Assembly: GCF_006345805.1 (NCBI RefSeq)
Contig: NC_043024.1
Location: 11,098,001 to 11,162,000 of the forward strand
Length of the DNA stretch: 64,000 nucleotides
Direction: 5' to 3'
Source: Octopus sinensis
Lineage: Eukaryota
Each line of letters opens with the position of its first letter. The first letter of the stretch is position 1. Shown here in pieces: positions 50,901 through 64,000 of this stretch. The notes under the pieces were generated by a model. That model saw only the letters and a program-made list of their open reading frames with translations. It ran no database searches and had not been told where the DNA came from. Made by a program: the position numbers and the translations under genes.

Positions 50901-52409
50901 CCTCTATGTTTAGCCCCCTGTGAGTAATAAAGAAATACGTATTTCGTCTGTCTTTACGTTCTGAGTTCAAATTCTGCCGAGGTCAACTTTGCTTTTATCC
51001 TTTCGGGGGTTGATTAAATAAGTACCAATTACACACTGGGTCGATGTAATTGACTTAACCCCTTTGTCAGTCTTTGTTTGTCCCCTCTATGTTTAGCCCC
51101 CTGTGAGTAATAAAGAAATACGTATTTCGTCTGTCTTTACGTTCTGAGTTCAAATTCTGCCGAGGTCAACTTTGCTTTTCATCCTTTCGGGGGTTGATTA
51201 AATAAGTACCAATTACACACTGGGTCGAGTAATCGACCTAACCCCTTTGTCAGTCTTGTTTGTCCCCTCTATGTTTAGCCCCCTGTGAGTAATAAAGAAA
51301 TACGTATTTCGTCTGTCTTTACGTTCTGAGTTCCAAATTCTGCCGAGGTCAACTTTGCTTTTCATCCTTTCGGGGTGTTGATTAAATAAGTACCAATTAC
51401 ACACTGGGTCGATGTAATTGACTTAACCCCTTTGTCAGTCTTTGTTTGTCCCCTCTATGTTTAGCCCCCTGTGAGTAATAAAGAAATACGTTTATTCGTC
51501 TGTCTTTACGTTCTGAGTTCAAATTCTGCCGAGGTCAACTTTGCTTTTCATCCTTTCGGGGGGTTGATTAAATAAGTACCAATTACCACACTGGGTCGAT
51601 GTAATTGACTTAACCCCTTTGTCAGTCTTTGTTGCCCCTCTATGTTTAGCCCCCTGTGAGTAATAAAGAAATACGTATTTCGTCTGTCTTTACGTTCTGA
51701 GTTCAAATTCTCGAGCGGTCAACTTTGCTTTTCACCTTTCGGGGGGTTGATTAATATAGTACCAATTAACACACTGGGTCGATGTAATTGACTTAACCCC
51801 TTTGTCAGTCTTGTTTGTCCCCTCTATGTTTAAGCCCCTGTGAGTATAAAGAAATACGTATTTCGTCTGTCTTTACGTTCTGAGTTCAAATTCTGCCGAG
51901 GTCAACTTTGCTTTTCATCCTTTCGGGGGTTGATTAAATAAGTACCAATTACACACTGGGTCGATGTAATTGACTTAACCCCTTTGTCAGTCTTTGTTTG
52001 TCCCCCTATGTTTAGCCCCCTGTGAGTAATAAAGAAATACGTATTTCGTCTGTCTTTACGTTCTGAGTTCAAATTCTGCCGAGGTCAACTTTGCTTTTCA
52101 TCATCCTTTCGGGGGGTTGATTAAATAAGTACCAATTACACACGGGGTCGATGTAATTGACTAACCCCTGTGTCAGTCTTTGTTTGTCCCCTCTATGTTT
52201 ACCCCCTGTGAGTAATAAAGAAATACGTATTTCGTCTGTCTTTACGTTCTGAGTTCAAATTCTGCCAAGGTCGACTTCGCCTTTCATCCTTTCGGGGTCG
52301 ATTAAATAAGTACCAGTTACGTACTGTGGTCGATATAATCGACTTAACCCCTTTGTCAGTCTTTGTTTGTCCCCTCTATGTTTAGCCCCTTGTGGGTAGT
52401 AAAGAAATA
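47954..52409 (+). repeat. SINE-derived satellite: one SINE head plus 24 tandem ~185-bp body/tail units
   Basis: Unit starts counted at 48004, 48189, 48374, 48559, 48742 ... 52041, 52227. Near-identical units, with gaaatacgtatttc at most junctions. Confidence 0.95.
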
Positions 52410-52834
52410 AGAATCATTAGCACTACAGGTAAAATGCTTAACGCTATATCACCTGTCTTCGTGTTCTGAGTTCAAATTCCAATGAGGTCGACTTTGCCTT
52501 TTGTGCTTTCAGGGTTGATAAACTAAGTACTGGTTGAGTACTGGGGGTCGATGTGATCGACTCCACCCCTCTGCACAAATTTCAGGCCCCAAGCCTATAG
52601 TAGAAAGAATTATTATTATTGTTGTTGTTGTTATTGCTATTATTATTATTATTAATTTTATTAATATTGTTGAGTGAGAGAGCAGTGCATGTATTCAAAG
52701 TGACACTGGGGTAAAATATACGAAGCCCAGCATACCCAGCATGACTACCTGTCTGATAAGGGTACACCAGGTACATGCATCACAACTACATGTGCACGAC
52801 ATGGTCGTCGTCGTCGTCGTCGTCATCGTCATCG

Positions 52835-52892
<58 letters not shown>

Positions 52893-52899
52893 TATTATT

Positions 52900-52931
<32 letters not shown>

Positions 52932-55900
52932 CATTATTATTATTTTATGTTGTCAGAAGAATATTGGCAAGTGCAATAGTCAGTAACATTATGTCAAAAC
53001 CCTTAACGTGTTCTGAGTTCAAATTCTGCCGAGGTCGACTTTGCCTTTCACCCTTTCGGGGTTGATAAAATAAACACCAGTTACGCATTGGGGTCGATGT
53101 AATCAATTAGTTTCCTACCTCAAAATTGCTGGCCTTGTGTCAAAATTTGAAAGCGATATATATATACCCAGAAGTTATGTATTAATCCTTGTCCTGGGTG
53201 TGTCTTTAAGCTGCATCTGGTAGTGAGGCCCTAGTTCAGGAATTCCAGGGTTTTGAAAGAACGAGGAACCATCTCTTGGTTACTACTGTCCCCAGATCTA
53301 CTATAATCCAGAGGAGTAGCACTTGTCAGGATCCTAACCATGGGTTAATTGTCATGTCATTGAATTTCCATTGGCAGAAGGTCCCTCACAGACATCCCAA
53401 TGGACTCAGGGTAGATTGAGCCCTTCAGCTCTTTACTTGTGCATCTAATAAAACACAACTCCATACAAATTGCTGCACCAGACCACATTGTGCCCAAGAC
53501 TGGCTAATTGAGGAAAAAAAATCATATCTTGGGTTAAAATAATCACCTGATAGTGGTTGAGGGCTTGGTTGAACCACAATTTTAAGGGCTATCAGCTGGA
53601 ACCAAAACTATTTGTTTTTCTTTTGTTTATGGGAAACTGGGTTCAAATAAGCAAATCAGGGCATATCAATCAAAATTCCCTTTTTGGTATATTGCAGTTA
53701 AAAATAATTATCTGCAAGATCTCGCCAGCTTTGAATCAAGGATAACATCCATGATATCTTCAGAAGAATATCCATCATGTTGTATCCTGCAATTCCTTTG
53801 AAAGGTCCCAGCCCAAGTTGTTCTGTTTGTAATGAAGTTGGTCACACATCTCGTTCTTCAAAGCATGTTACGCATATTTATTGTTTGGCTTTGTTGTTTC
53901 AATATTTGTTCTCTTCATCTCTGCCTAGGATGGCCCTTCTCTTTACTGCCCCCAGACCCCACAAAAAATACATATTGCCAACAGTAGACCCCAAAATATG
54001 TCCCAATTGAACAACAAGGTCGATGTAATTGATTTTCCTCTCCTTCGAAATTGCTGGCCTTGTGCCAAAATTTGAAAGCAACATTTCTGACACACGACGG
54101 ATTTCAAACGAAATTTTTTTAAATATTAATTTCGCTCACAAAATTAACGTAACATTTCAGTGAAAACTTTATTCTATTTTTATTCAGGCGTGGCTGTGTG
54201 GTAAGAAGCTTGCTTCCCAACCACATGGTTCCGAGTTCAGTCCTACTGCGTGGCACCTTGGGACGACCAAAGCCTTGTGAGTGGATTTGGTAGATGGAAA
54301 CTGAAAGAATCCCGTCGTGTATATATTGTATATATATCTATGTGTGTGTGTCTTTGTGTCTGTGTTTTCGTCCCCAATATCTAACGGTTCGGGAAAAGTG
54401 ATCGATAGAATAAGTACTAGGCTTATGTGTTGCTCCAGCACGGCCGCAGTCAAATTACTGAAGCGTGTAAAAGAGTAAAAGAGGAAAATGAGAGATAAAA
54501 AAGCGTTTCATAACATTTTTCAATGTTACAGTTAGTAAATATTTTTTCTTTCCACTTAAATATTCGTTAATAAATACAAAACCGTGAAAATTATTTTTTA
54601 AGAAAACAAAAAAAAAGGCTCGAACAAACAATTTCAATTTAAAATTGAACTGCGAAAGTGACTTTGTATCGAACTTAATAAACTGAAAACAAAAACCTAA
54701 AAAATATATATACTTGAAAGCGATTTATGGGAATTGTCTCCCTTGAAAATACATAAGCTAAGTAGAGTTAGCTCCCTTACAAGATGTGACTTTTTATCTT
54801 TTATTTTTTTCTGTCGTTGGATTGCGGCCATCCTGGGGCACTTGAATGTGTTTTAGTCGAAATCGATCCCAGAACTTATTTCTTGAATCTCGTACATGTC
54901 GTATCGGATCTGTGTTTTCGAACTGTTAAGTTACGGAGAATAAACTCAAACATACACACACATGTAAACGACGGAATTCCACACATTTTCCGTCTACCAA
55001 ATTCACTCATAAGTATTTGGTCGGCCCAGGGCTAAAATAGAAGACAGTCGCCCAAGGTGCCACGCAGTGGGACTGAACCTGGAACCATGTGGTTGCGAAG
55101 CGAGTCTCTTAACCACACAGCCCTGACTCTGTCTACTTAGCTTCTATGTATGTATTTCCCGTTGTTTTCTCTTTGCAAATAAAAGTTAAATGGATCTCCA
55201 TCGACTTCGACGATGGGTATTTCGTTAATCGATCAGCTGAACACCCGATTCAACGACTACCCACGCTGCTACCCTCTGTTGACGTATCATACAGCTGCCC
55301 TTCGTTGATGGTGTCGACCTTGTTTTATTTGGAGGTTATTTCTTAATCGTGGAGGTACAATGGCCCAGTGGTTAGGGCATAGGCCCAGTGGTTAGGTCAT
55401 AGCATCGCAGTTTCGATTCCCAGATCGGGCGTCGTGAGTGTTTATTGAGCGAAAGCACCTAAAGCTCCACGAGGCTTCGGCAGGGGGTGGTGGTGATCCC
55501 TGCTGTACTCTTTCACCACAACTTTCTCTCACTCTTTCTTCTTGTTTGTGTTGTACCTATATTTCAAAGGGCCAGGCTTGTCACACTCTGTGCCACGCTG
55601 AATCTCCCTGAGAATTACGTTAAGGGTACACGCATCTGTGGGGTGCTCAGCCACTTGCACGTTAATTTCACGAGCAGGCTGTTCCACTGACCAGATCAAC
55701 TGGAGTGCTCGTCGTCGTAACCGACGGAGTGCCACGATTTGTTAATCTATTCATGTGAAACGAACCAGCGAAAGCGTTTCTGCTTGGCCTTAAAATGATC
55801 CAATGGACAATGAACACTCCACTTCTTTATCCAATTGGACTAACTATAAAGAACTGTTGTGTGTTGGTACACTTCACGGCAGTTTCCAGTTCATAAGCCA

Positions 55901-56911
55901 TCGAGTTATAAAAACACTGATTACAAATTTTGGCACGAGGCCAGCAATTTCGGGGAAGGGGTTAAGTCGATTACATCGATTTCACTGTTCAACTGGTTCT
56001 TATTTTATCGATCCCGAAAGGATGAAAGGCAAAGTCGGACGATGGAATATGAACTCAGAAAGTAAAGACGGACGAAATGCTGCAAAGTATTTTGTCCGGT
56101 GTGCTAACGATTCTGCCAACCCCCCGCCTTAAGTTATAAAGATATCGAGTTGATTATAGTATTGCATAAGTGGTTGCTAGAAATAACAGCCACATGTCTC
56201 ATATCTCTCATCCTACCGTCTTGGGGAAATGAAAAAAGCTATATTAGATAATGAAATCCTATATACGTCTAAAGTCACTGGAGAGTCACGGTTGGAATTC
56301 CTTTTGCTCGATTCAGAATAATACCTCAGAACTACCTCACCAGAAAGCAAATAAATAGAAAAAAGGGGTGAGGTTAAGCAGCAAAAGATGCGGGGTAGGA
56401 GTGGTAACAGGTTGTAGACCCTAGGCCAAATGGCGTGTTCACCCGTGCCTCGTGGACATGAATGCAAAGGTTTTACCGCGAAGAATGGTCAGTGACACTC
56501 ACTGTCACACCCACTCCACCAGCCGAGGCTCACTTCTCAGATGGGCCGCAGCTATCACGATTTTGCGGAGGAAATCAGCAGTGTGGGGTCAGAGAACCCC
56601 TGAGGTGCCTAGGACGACCGGCAGAAACTGATAGCGGCCAGTCAAGCTCCTGTATTTGTTTATCTTCCTCTCCTCTGCGTTAGATTTATTAATGGTCATT
56701 AATAAAAGGCGGAACAACAGACAAAATTAACGTCTCTCCGAAGGAAAATATTTAAATCAGTTGGTGTTAAATTTAATCTGAGATGAACACCTACCTGCTC
56801 CCGTTTCTTACAATCAGGATTTCTCCATGGAAACAAAAACTACGAAAAGATTTTTAGCAACATCTGTGTTAAACACTCCTCTTTTTAAGTAATTGAAGGT
56901 TACTTTAACAT

Positions 56912-57453
56912 GTTTGTTCCTTCTCGAGCCATGCCTGCCTCATAGGACCGGTTTTCCGGTTTCCTTGGCATATAGGTTCCCCAACTGGACGGGACGCAGG
57001 TGAGCTGCAAGATGCAGGAGGAAAGAGTGAGAGAAAGTTGTGGCGAAAGAGTCAACAGAAGTTTAGCCATTTCCTTCTTCCGGAGCCGAGTGGAGCTTAG
57101 GTGTTTCGCTCATAAACACACACATCGCCCGGTCTGAGATTCGAACCCGCGATCCCTCGACCGCTAGTCCGCTGCTCTAACCACTAGGCCATGTACCTCC
57201 ACGAATGTTCCTTCTCGAGCCATGCAAGGCTCATAAGGGCCGGTTTCCCAGTTTCAGTGAAGTATAGGTTCCCCACCTGGACAGGACGCCGGTCCATCGC
57301 AGTGTTACTCATTTTTGCCAGCTGAGTGGACTGGAGCAACGTGAAAGGAAGTGTTTTGCTCAAGAACACAACGCATCGCCCGGTCCAGGAATCGAAACCA
57401 CTACTTTACGATCATGAGTTCAATACCCTAACCACTAAGCCACGCGCCTCCAC
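56912..57453 (-). mobile_element. Dimer of two different SINEs flanked by one 12-bp TSD
   Basis: TSD ttactttaacat at 56900-56911 and 57454-57465; tRNA-like heads start at 57453 and 57202. Confidence 0.8.
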
Positions 57454-58204
57454 TTACTTTAACATACGTATTTTTAATTTTGGCACGAAGCCAGCAATTT
57501 TAAGGGAAAGCGGGAAGTTGATTACATTGACTTTAGTCGATGGTATTTATTTTATCAACCCCGAAAAAAAAAATGAACGAGAAAGTAGACCACAACGGTA
57601 TTTGAACTCAGGACGTGGAAGAAACGGGGAAATAAATGTTGTTAAGTAGTTTAACCGGTGCAGCAACGAATCTGCCAGCTCGCCTAATATCATTCTTTCC
57701 AATTTTAGCACGAGGCCAGCAAATTTGAAGGGAGTGGGGAACTTGATCACATCGAACCTCCGGAGCTCAACTGGTACTTTATTTTGTCGATCTCGAAAGG
57801 ATGAACGACAAAGTCGACTACGGCGGCATTTGAACTCGGAACGAAAGGAAACGGAAGAAATGCTACGAAGCATTTTGTGTGGTACCCTAAAGATTCTGCC
57901 AGGTCGCCCTAATATCAAAATAATTATACCAACAGCTGGTTTCAAAGACACATGATTGAATTTCCCAATTGAGTTTAATAATCCAATTCAAAACCTCAAC
58001 AAGATAATCCGTTGTTAATCCTTCATCGAACTCAGTGTTTCTCAACCCCTTTTTACTTTTAATTCATATTTTATCCAACTGGACCCTCATACCCATTCGA
58101 TGTATTTATAAAAATGTCTCACTGTATTTTAAAAATTAAATATTATTAGGAATTGTATTGAAAAATGAGTTGTTGAAGTTGGACCAATTTTAACAACAAA
58201 AAAA

Positions 58205-58404
58205 CGTAAGATTATGTAATATATTATGCAACTCTCGACTCATCAGGCGAACCCAATAAGCAAACAAGTGAGATGTTGATTAATCAATCGACCGCCAACA
58301 AGATTTATTGGTGATCTTCTTTTTAACCAACAAGTCACTGTTCGCTTGTTTATTTGGTTGCCTGACGAGGTGACAGTTGCATAACACATTACGTAACTCT
58401 TACG
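58205..58404. repeat. ~200-bp imperfect foldback
   Basis: cgtaag...tattatgcaact...catcaggc...agtga pairs with tcac...gcctgacg...agttgcataa...cttacg; inner stems gttgattaa/ttaaccaac and aagat/atctt. Confidence 0.75.
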
Positions 58405-59989
58405 GATGCCGTGCATGCTACATACTTGACTGTACTTTGCTTGCGTCACAATAATCTTAATGAAACAATGGAGTCTTCATACAAGATAACCCATTCGTCT
58501 GTCTTATTATGATTCTACGTCACGCTTAAGGATCCGTTCGTCTTTGAATACTGTTGCAGGGTTGCGGGTTGCAAAATAACAGTGTTCTTCCCTTCATCGA
58601 TGTATTATTACACGCTATGATAATTGGTTACTTGACTGATTTGTGTCGTTCTGTCTTGTGAATAATTGTAGCATGCTTCACTTTGACTTGCCGAAATCCT
58701 TTATGGATTCCCTGTAATGAAAGCTCTCTCGCTTTCTCTTTCTTTCTCTCTCTCTCATATATATATATTATATATATATATATATTATCCGAAATGTACA
58801 GTATTATATATACATCACGGTGGATCTTACCAATCAGTTTCACACAAGGAATACAATGGAGTTAGGTAACAATCCGATCATATAACCTTATGCTTGTCAG
58901 AGTTAGCCGATATAGAAGGGAATGTGTGTGTGTATGTACATATAGTATTATATGTATATATATATATATATATACATATACATGCATGTATTTAATACCC
59001 ACTTAGGTGTATTTGACACCTAGCTAAACTGTTATACTTATATATGTAAATACACGAATACGTGTGTGTGTGTGCGTGTAGTCAGGCACACACATGTTTA
59101 CTTTGCCGGTACTGTATCTGATGATAGATAAGTATTGTTTAATGTGCACAGTATTTAGTTTCACACAGTGAAGACATCATGTAGGCAGGTTTTAAAAATT
59201 GATAATCTTAAAACCTGCCTAGATATCTTAATGTATGAAACTTTTGGTAGCTCATAACTATATACTGTGTGCATTAAACAATGTATGTATGTACGTATGT
59301 ATGTATACACACGTACACATACTCGTGCGCGCATATGAGGAGAGTTAACTCCAATAAGATAGGAGGTATCTCCCTCTCTGATTCGAAGTATATATATATG
59401 TACAACGATATTTATTTAGCAAGAGTTAAATAACTCCACTAACGAGTCCATGACTAGCTGAAAGAAAACCTGTTATTGCTAGGAACTTGGCATAAACCAA
59501 ACTTGCGGTCTTCAGTGGAACAATGACAACGGTTACAGGAAAAGAATTAACCAACGTTATTTTGCCAGGAATGTGATGTAAATTCATCCAAAAACGTAGT
59601 CTTCATTAAAATGCCTTACTGAAGACTGGGTATTTGGAATAAAAGAAAAGAATTAACAGATGTTATTTTCAGGAATGAATCACAGAAATTTCGAAGACCA
59701 TAATGCATCCAAGAAACGTTTGTAACGTGAGGACTTCTGTGCAATTCCAGACATTCCTCTCCAAATGAAATTACTTCGTTTTTGTAACTGGTTTGAAAGA
59801 TTCTTTTTGTGAAATTGTGTTGTAACAATTTTAGCCAATTGATTAATAATAAAGGAGTGGAAATGAACCAGTGCGCGTGTTGTTAATATTGGCATAACGA
59901 CGCTCCCGAAATGAATTCCTACTTCGCAAATCACTCCTGGTCATAAATGTTGGGTAATGACTGAAATAGTACGATGGTGAATACGAGTG

Positions 59990-60300
59990 GCCGAAATGGG
60001 GTTTACTCGGAAGGGTCACCAGAATAACGTTACGCGACGACGCACAAAGCTCGAAGATCAGGGAACCTCCCCAGGTCGAGTCGCGTCACAGCTCTAGTAC
60101 TACGGACATGTGATTAAAATGTCCCAGGAAAGAATCGGTAACCAACAGGTGACCAAGGGCGAGATGGTTGGATTATATCCATAGTCTCAGCTGGACACGC
60201 TTGGGAAATCCAGAGGGAAAGCGTAAGGACAGTTCCTTCTGGAGACTCGACCCCCAACGACCTTCACAAGAATAGTGGACGAAGATGGATGGATGAACAA
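59990..60300 (+). mobile_element. Degraded RTE-like LINE 3' end
   Basis: Remnant RITLRD...L.YYGHVIKM...RWLDYIH...W..L and a (gatg)n tail. Confidence 0.5.
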
Positions 60301-61222
60301 ACCACTGTATTTGCCAGTGTACAAGACGTTTTTTTTTTCTAATGAGGCTGTACTATTTGAGATGGAGGGAGAGAGACTCCGTGTCAAAGGCCGGGGAACT
60401 GGATAGACACAATAATAGTTACTAATGATAAAATACTGAAAATAAGCCAAAATAGCAGAAACTTATGAGGAATTGGCTTACAGTATGTTAGCAGATATGT
60501 GCAGAGGCCACATCATCTCGTTTATACCCTCTCCCCCCGGCACATGTAACCCACACCTAATGTGTCTCACATTATTTGAAGATTGTGATTATCTTCAAGA
60601 AACAGTTTTGTTGTTTTTAATTACGTAAACGAAATATTCTCATGGAAAGGTGAATGGAATGTTCAACTTTCGTCACTTGCCAACAATTTGCAGTGAGTGG
60701 ATGACAACGGGGGAAAAAACCCCCACACAAAAAAACATGTTTTTGCAGACGTAAAAACTGAGACGCTTGTCTTCCCAACCACGTGGTACTGGGTTCAGTT
60801 CCACAGTGTGACACCTTCGGCAAGTGTCTTCTACCATAGCCTCAGACCGACCAAAACCTTGAGTGGATTTCGCAAATAGAAACTGAAAGAAGCCTGTCGT
60901 GTGTGTGCGAGAGAGAGAGAGAGGCACCAACATTTGGCAATCGGTGTTGGTGTATTTACGTCCCTGTAACATAGCCGTTCGGCAAAGAGAGACCGATGGT
61001 ATAAGCACGATACTTAGAAAGTATTGGGGATGATTTGTTTAACTAAAATTTCTCATTTCTTTGAGTCAAGGCCGGGAGAATTCTATCGCCGAGGCAGTCG
61101 TAAACAACAATGGAGAGTATATTATTAACTTGTAGTTTTTTTTTTGTTTAAAATAAATTTGAAAAAACTCTCATTAATTATTCCTCAACCCAATACATAC
61201 ACACACACACATATATATATAT

Positions 61223-61261
<39 letters not shown>

Positions 61262-61329
61262 TGTGTCAGCGCGTGTTAAATATGTTGTATATATGTGTAC
61301 GTCATGTTATATGCATGTATATGTAATTG

Positions 61330-61370
<41 letters not shown>

Positions 61371-61377
61371 TACATAT

Positions 61378-61412
<35 letters not shown>

Positions 61413-62338
61413 GATACATATATATATATATATGTTATATTTTATATATACACACACATACACACACACACATATATATATATTATATATATATATGACG
61501 GGCTTCTCACAGTTTAACACCTGCCGAATACACTCCCAAGGCTATAGTAGAAAATGCTTAACCAAGGTGCCATGCAGTGGGACTGAACTTGAAACCACAC
61601 GACCCCACTGCCAAGCTGTTGTAAGCAGCAGCAACAGGAAAGAACGAACCAAAAGATCTTAGTTGAACGTTTATATCACATCAACACCATACAAACTGTA
61701 GGAGCAGAGCCTTGCAAAGGGTGAGGGCTGGAGTTCTTTCCCTAGCCTCATGTGGAGCATAGCTCTTCTCATTTTATGGCCGTGGGTGTGCAAGAAGGGT
61801 TCATCAAAAGTTATAATAGTGTCGTTTTCTCTGATTGTATTTTGTGCTGTACGAAAACTGGTCAAATAAAATCAGTCAACACCAAATAAGGCAACGTTTC
61901 TACAGCACAGAGATTTTATTACAGAAGAGATCAAGTGTGACAGACAGTTTAACAAAATACTGACAGATCAGGAAAGACAATTTTTTTTCAATTTTTACAG
62001 ATCATTTTTTTTTTAGTACAAGTGACACTTAGGATGAGATGATGATGATGATGAAAATGGTGATGACGATGATGGTGGTGGTGGTGATGATGATGATGAA
62101 TCCTTTAACTATAGGTACAAGGCCTGAAATTTTGTGGGGAGGGGCTGGTTGATTTTTGACACAAGGCTAATTTTAGGGAAGTAGGGTTTAGCTTGACTGT
62201 TACCTTATTTTATCAACCTTGACAGGATGAAAGACAAAGTTAAAACCCTTGCAATATTTGAACTTGGAATGTAAGCTGGAAGAAAGGACACTGCACACCT
62301 TTGTACAACATGCTAACAACTCTGCCGGCTCACCACCA

Positions 62339-62370
<32 letters not shown>

Positions 62371-62381
62371 ATAATAATAAT

Positions 62382-62939
62382 AAATGCCCTGATGCAGTAC
62401 CAGGCAGTGGCTCTCATGGCTTCTGATCTTAACTGATTGGAAGTGTTATCATGTACATTGTTTTGTCTTGGTATAAAAGATGGGCCACAGCAAATATTCT
62501 GCTCAATACCACAGATTTGCTTGTCAGTTGTTTGACCTTAACCGGTTGGCCATGTCTCATGGTGGCTGACAATATGTGCATCTCTGATCACAAGCAGAAG
62601 TAGTGGGGGAGCATCATAGCCATGTGTTGAGAGGGATTCTTTGGGGTTTGGATAATTCACCTCTGGAAACATAGGTGGTTCTTTCAACATCCTTAAGCAA
62701 CCCTTATTCAGGGACCTTTTGAGCGGGATGGGCTACGCAACCAGAATAAAATTCTAACTGGGCCCCACCTGCAAGGTCATGCACTGTTTATCTTGATATG
62801 AGATCACCATGTCGCGCACATATGGTTATGATGCATGTACCTGGTGTACCCTTATGAGACGGGTAGTCATGATGGGTATACTGGGCTTTGTATATTTTAC
62901 CCCAGTGTCACTTTGATGGCATGCACTGCTCTCTCACTC
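62382..62939 (+). mobile_element. Third copy of the ~557-bp (AAT)n-bounded element
   Basis: Same ends as 43799-44355, again between AAT runs. Confidence 0.8.
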
Positions 62940-62954
62940 AATAATAATAATATA

Positions 62955-63145
62955 TGCTGGGGACAGCTTGGATTTTGAGATTGGGACTCGGATGTTGAAT
63001 GTCCCCAATGATAATTAACAACGAAGTATCAAAGCTTGTAATGTGCAAAAAGAGACCCTTTGAGATCTCTGACAGCAGGTTGCTGTCTGCTCTCACAGAA
63101 TCTACCAGAGCAAACAAGACCAAGCACTCTGAGAAGTAAAACAAT
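62955..63145 (+). mobile_element. R4-type LINE 3' tail (same family as 40695-41000)
   Basis: Shares ctggggacagct...gagaccctttgagatctctg.cagcaggttgctgtc...ctgagaagtaaaacaataat. Confidence 0.65.
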
Positions 63146-64000
63146 AATTAATAATTCTTCAGAAAACAAGTTAGGTATCTGTGTTTGTGTGTTTGTGCAT
63201 GCACACATGCATGGATATGTATAAAGCAAATTATGAAGTAAATGAAAATTTAGGGACTCCAGGTCAATGCAAAATAGCCAAGATAAATAGAAAGAGTGAT
63301 TTGATGGTGGTGGTGATTTGAATGCAAATTACAAGGGTTCGATGTTTATATTTTTGCATATGATTTGGAAATTAGTGAATAATTTAGATGATAATAGTGG
63401 AGGACATGAAATGGAGGGGGGGGAGTGGAACAAAAGTAATTTAGGATTAAAAAGGACTTTCTATATATATATCTATACACATACACACACACACATGAAT
63501 ATATAGTTTTGTACACAGTTAGTGTTAAATTTAAAATATAACATTACAAAAGAAAAATAGTGTATGAAATATAGGGAGTCTCTCCGTTTTTGTTATTGCA
63601 CCACAGGACCCTTAGAGCTGGTCATCTTGTTTCCGTGGTGTATACGTGACCGAGATCACAACATCCCCGCCTCTGAATGAGATGTCAATCTGTTGCAAAG
63701 TCCAAGGCCAGCAAATTCGAAGGAAGGGGATCAAGTTAAAGACATAAACTCTACACTTACGAAAATCCTGTCATAACATTGGGTTCCATTGAGTTCCATG
63801 TAACAGAAATCAATGGGAAGATAGGGTTGCAGGTTTCAAAACCCAAATCCACATTGCCGCAACATTTTCTGTAGCACAACCCTTCCATAAATAAGGCAGA
63901 CGATACATTTTTCTTTTCTTTTTTTTTTGTTTGTTGCACTATTAACCCCCAAGACCCTCTGATTTGACAGACCAATTTCACTATTATATTTCTATAAATA

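Noticed and set aside
48004-52409. Regular array superficially resembling CRISPR
   Set aside because: Whole units repeat with no unique spacers, the unit is a SINE fragment, there are no cas genes, and the context is eukaryotic.
53170-53900. Moderately GC-balanced segment with protein-like fragments on the minus strand
   Set aside because: Multiple stops and no diagnostic motif; probably a decayed retroelement but unassignable by eye.
56200-56690. GC-richer segment with short ORFs on both strands
   Set aside because: No recognisable domain or splice structure; could be a LINE 5'UTR remnant.
59480-59940. Unique-looking sequence with 70-84 aa minus-strand ORFs
   Set aside because: No motif, splice signal or family could be recognised, and frames are interrupted by stops; needs a database search.
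63757-63981. Cys-containing 74-aa minus-strand ORF near the window end
   Set aside because: No acceptor pyrimidine tract on that strand, no IL-17 or other motif.

Overview
Eukaryotic, AT-rich, extremely repeat-dense DNA. The SINE families, microsatellite load and IL-17 cluster suggest a cephalopod (Octopus) genome; this is pattern recognition, not a database result. Three protein-coding genes are supported. (1) A heme oxygenase with an uninterrupted CDS (18965-19714, +), preceded by a splice acceptor and lacking the usual C-terminal membrane anchor. (2, 3) Two convergent IL-17-family cytokine genes, each with a tiny signal-peptide exon 1 that the ORF track misses: IL-17a join(32746-32769,33739-34218) on + and IL-17b join(42018-41980,37239-36769) on -. 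The rest is mobile DNA and simple repeats: several tRNA-derived SINE families with interchangeable tails, non-autonomous Helitrons (one as a head-to-tail trimer), mariner remnants and MITEs, CR1, RTE and R4/Dong-type LINE fragments, and a solo LTR nested in a LINE inside the IL-17b intron. There is also a 4.4-kb satellite of 24 copies of a 185-bp SINE body and several long inverted repeats. Almost all other ORFs in the track are microsatellite or repeat artefacts. No CRISPR, rRNA or genuine tRNA gene was seen. All coordinates were read by hand; repeat boundaries are approximate unless a TSD or terminus is quoted.
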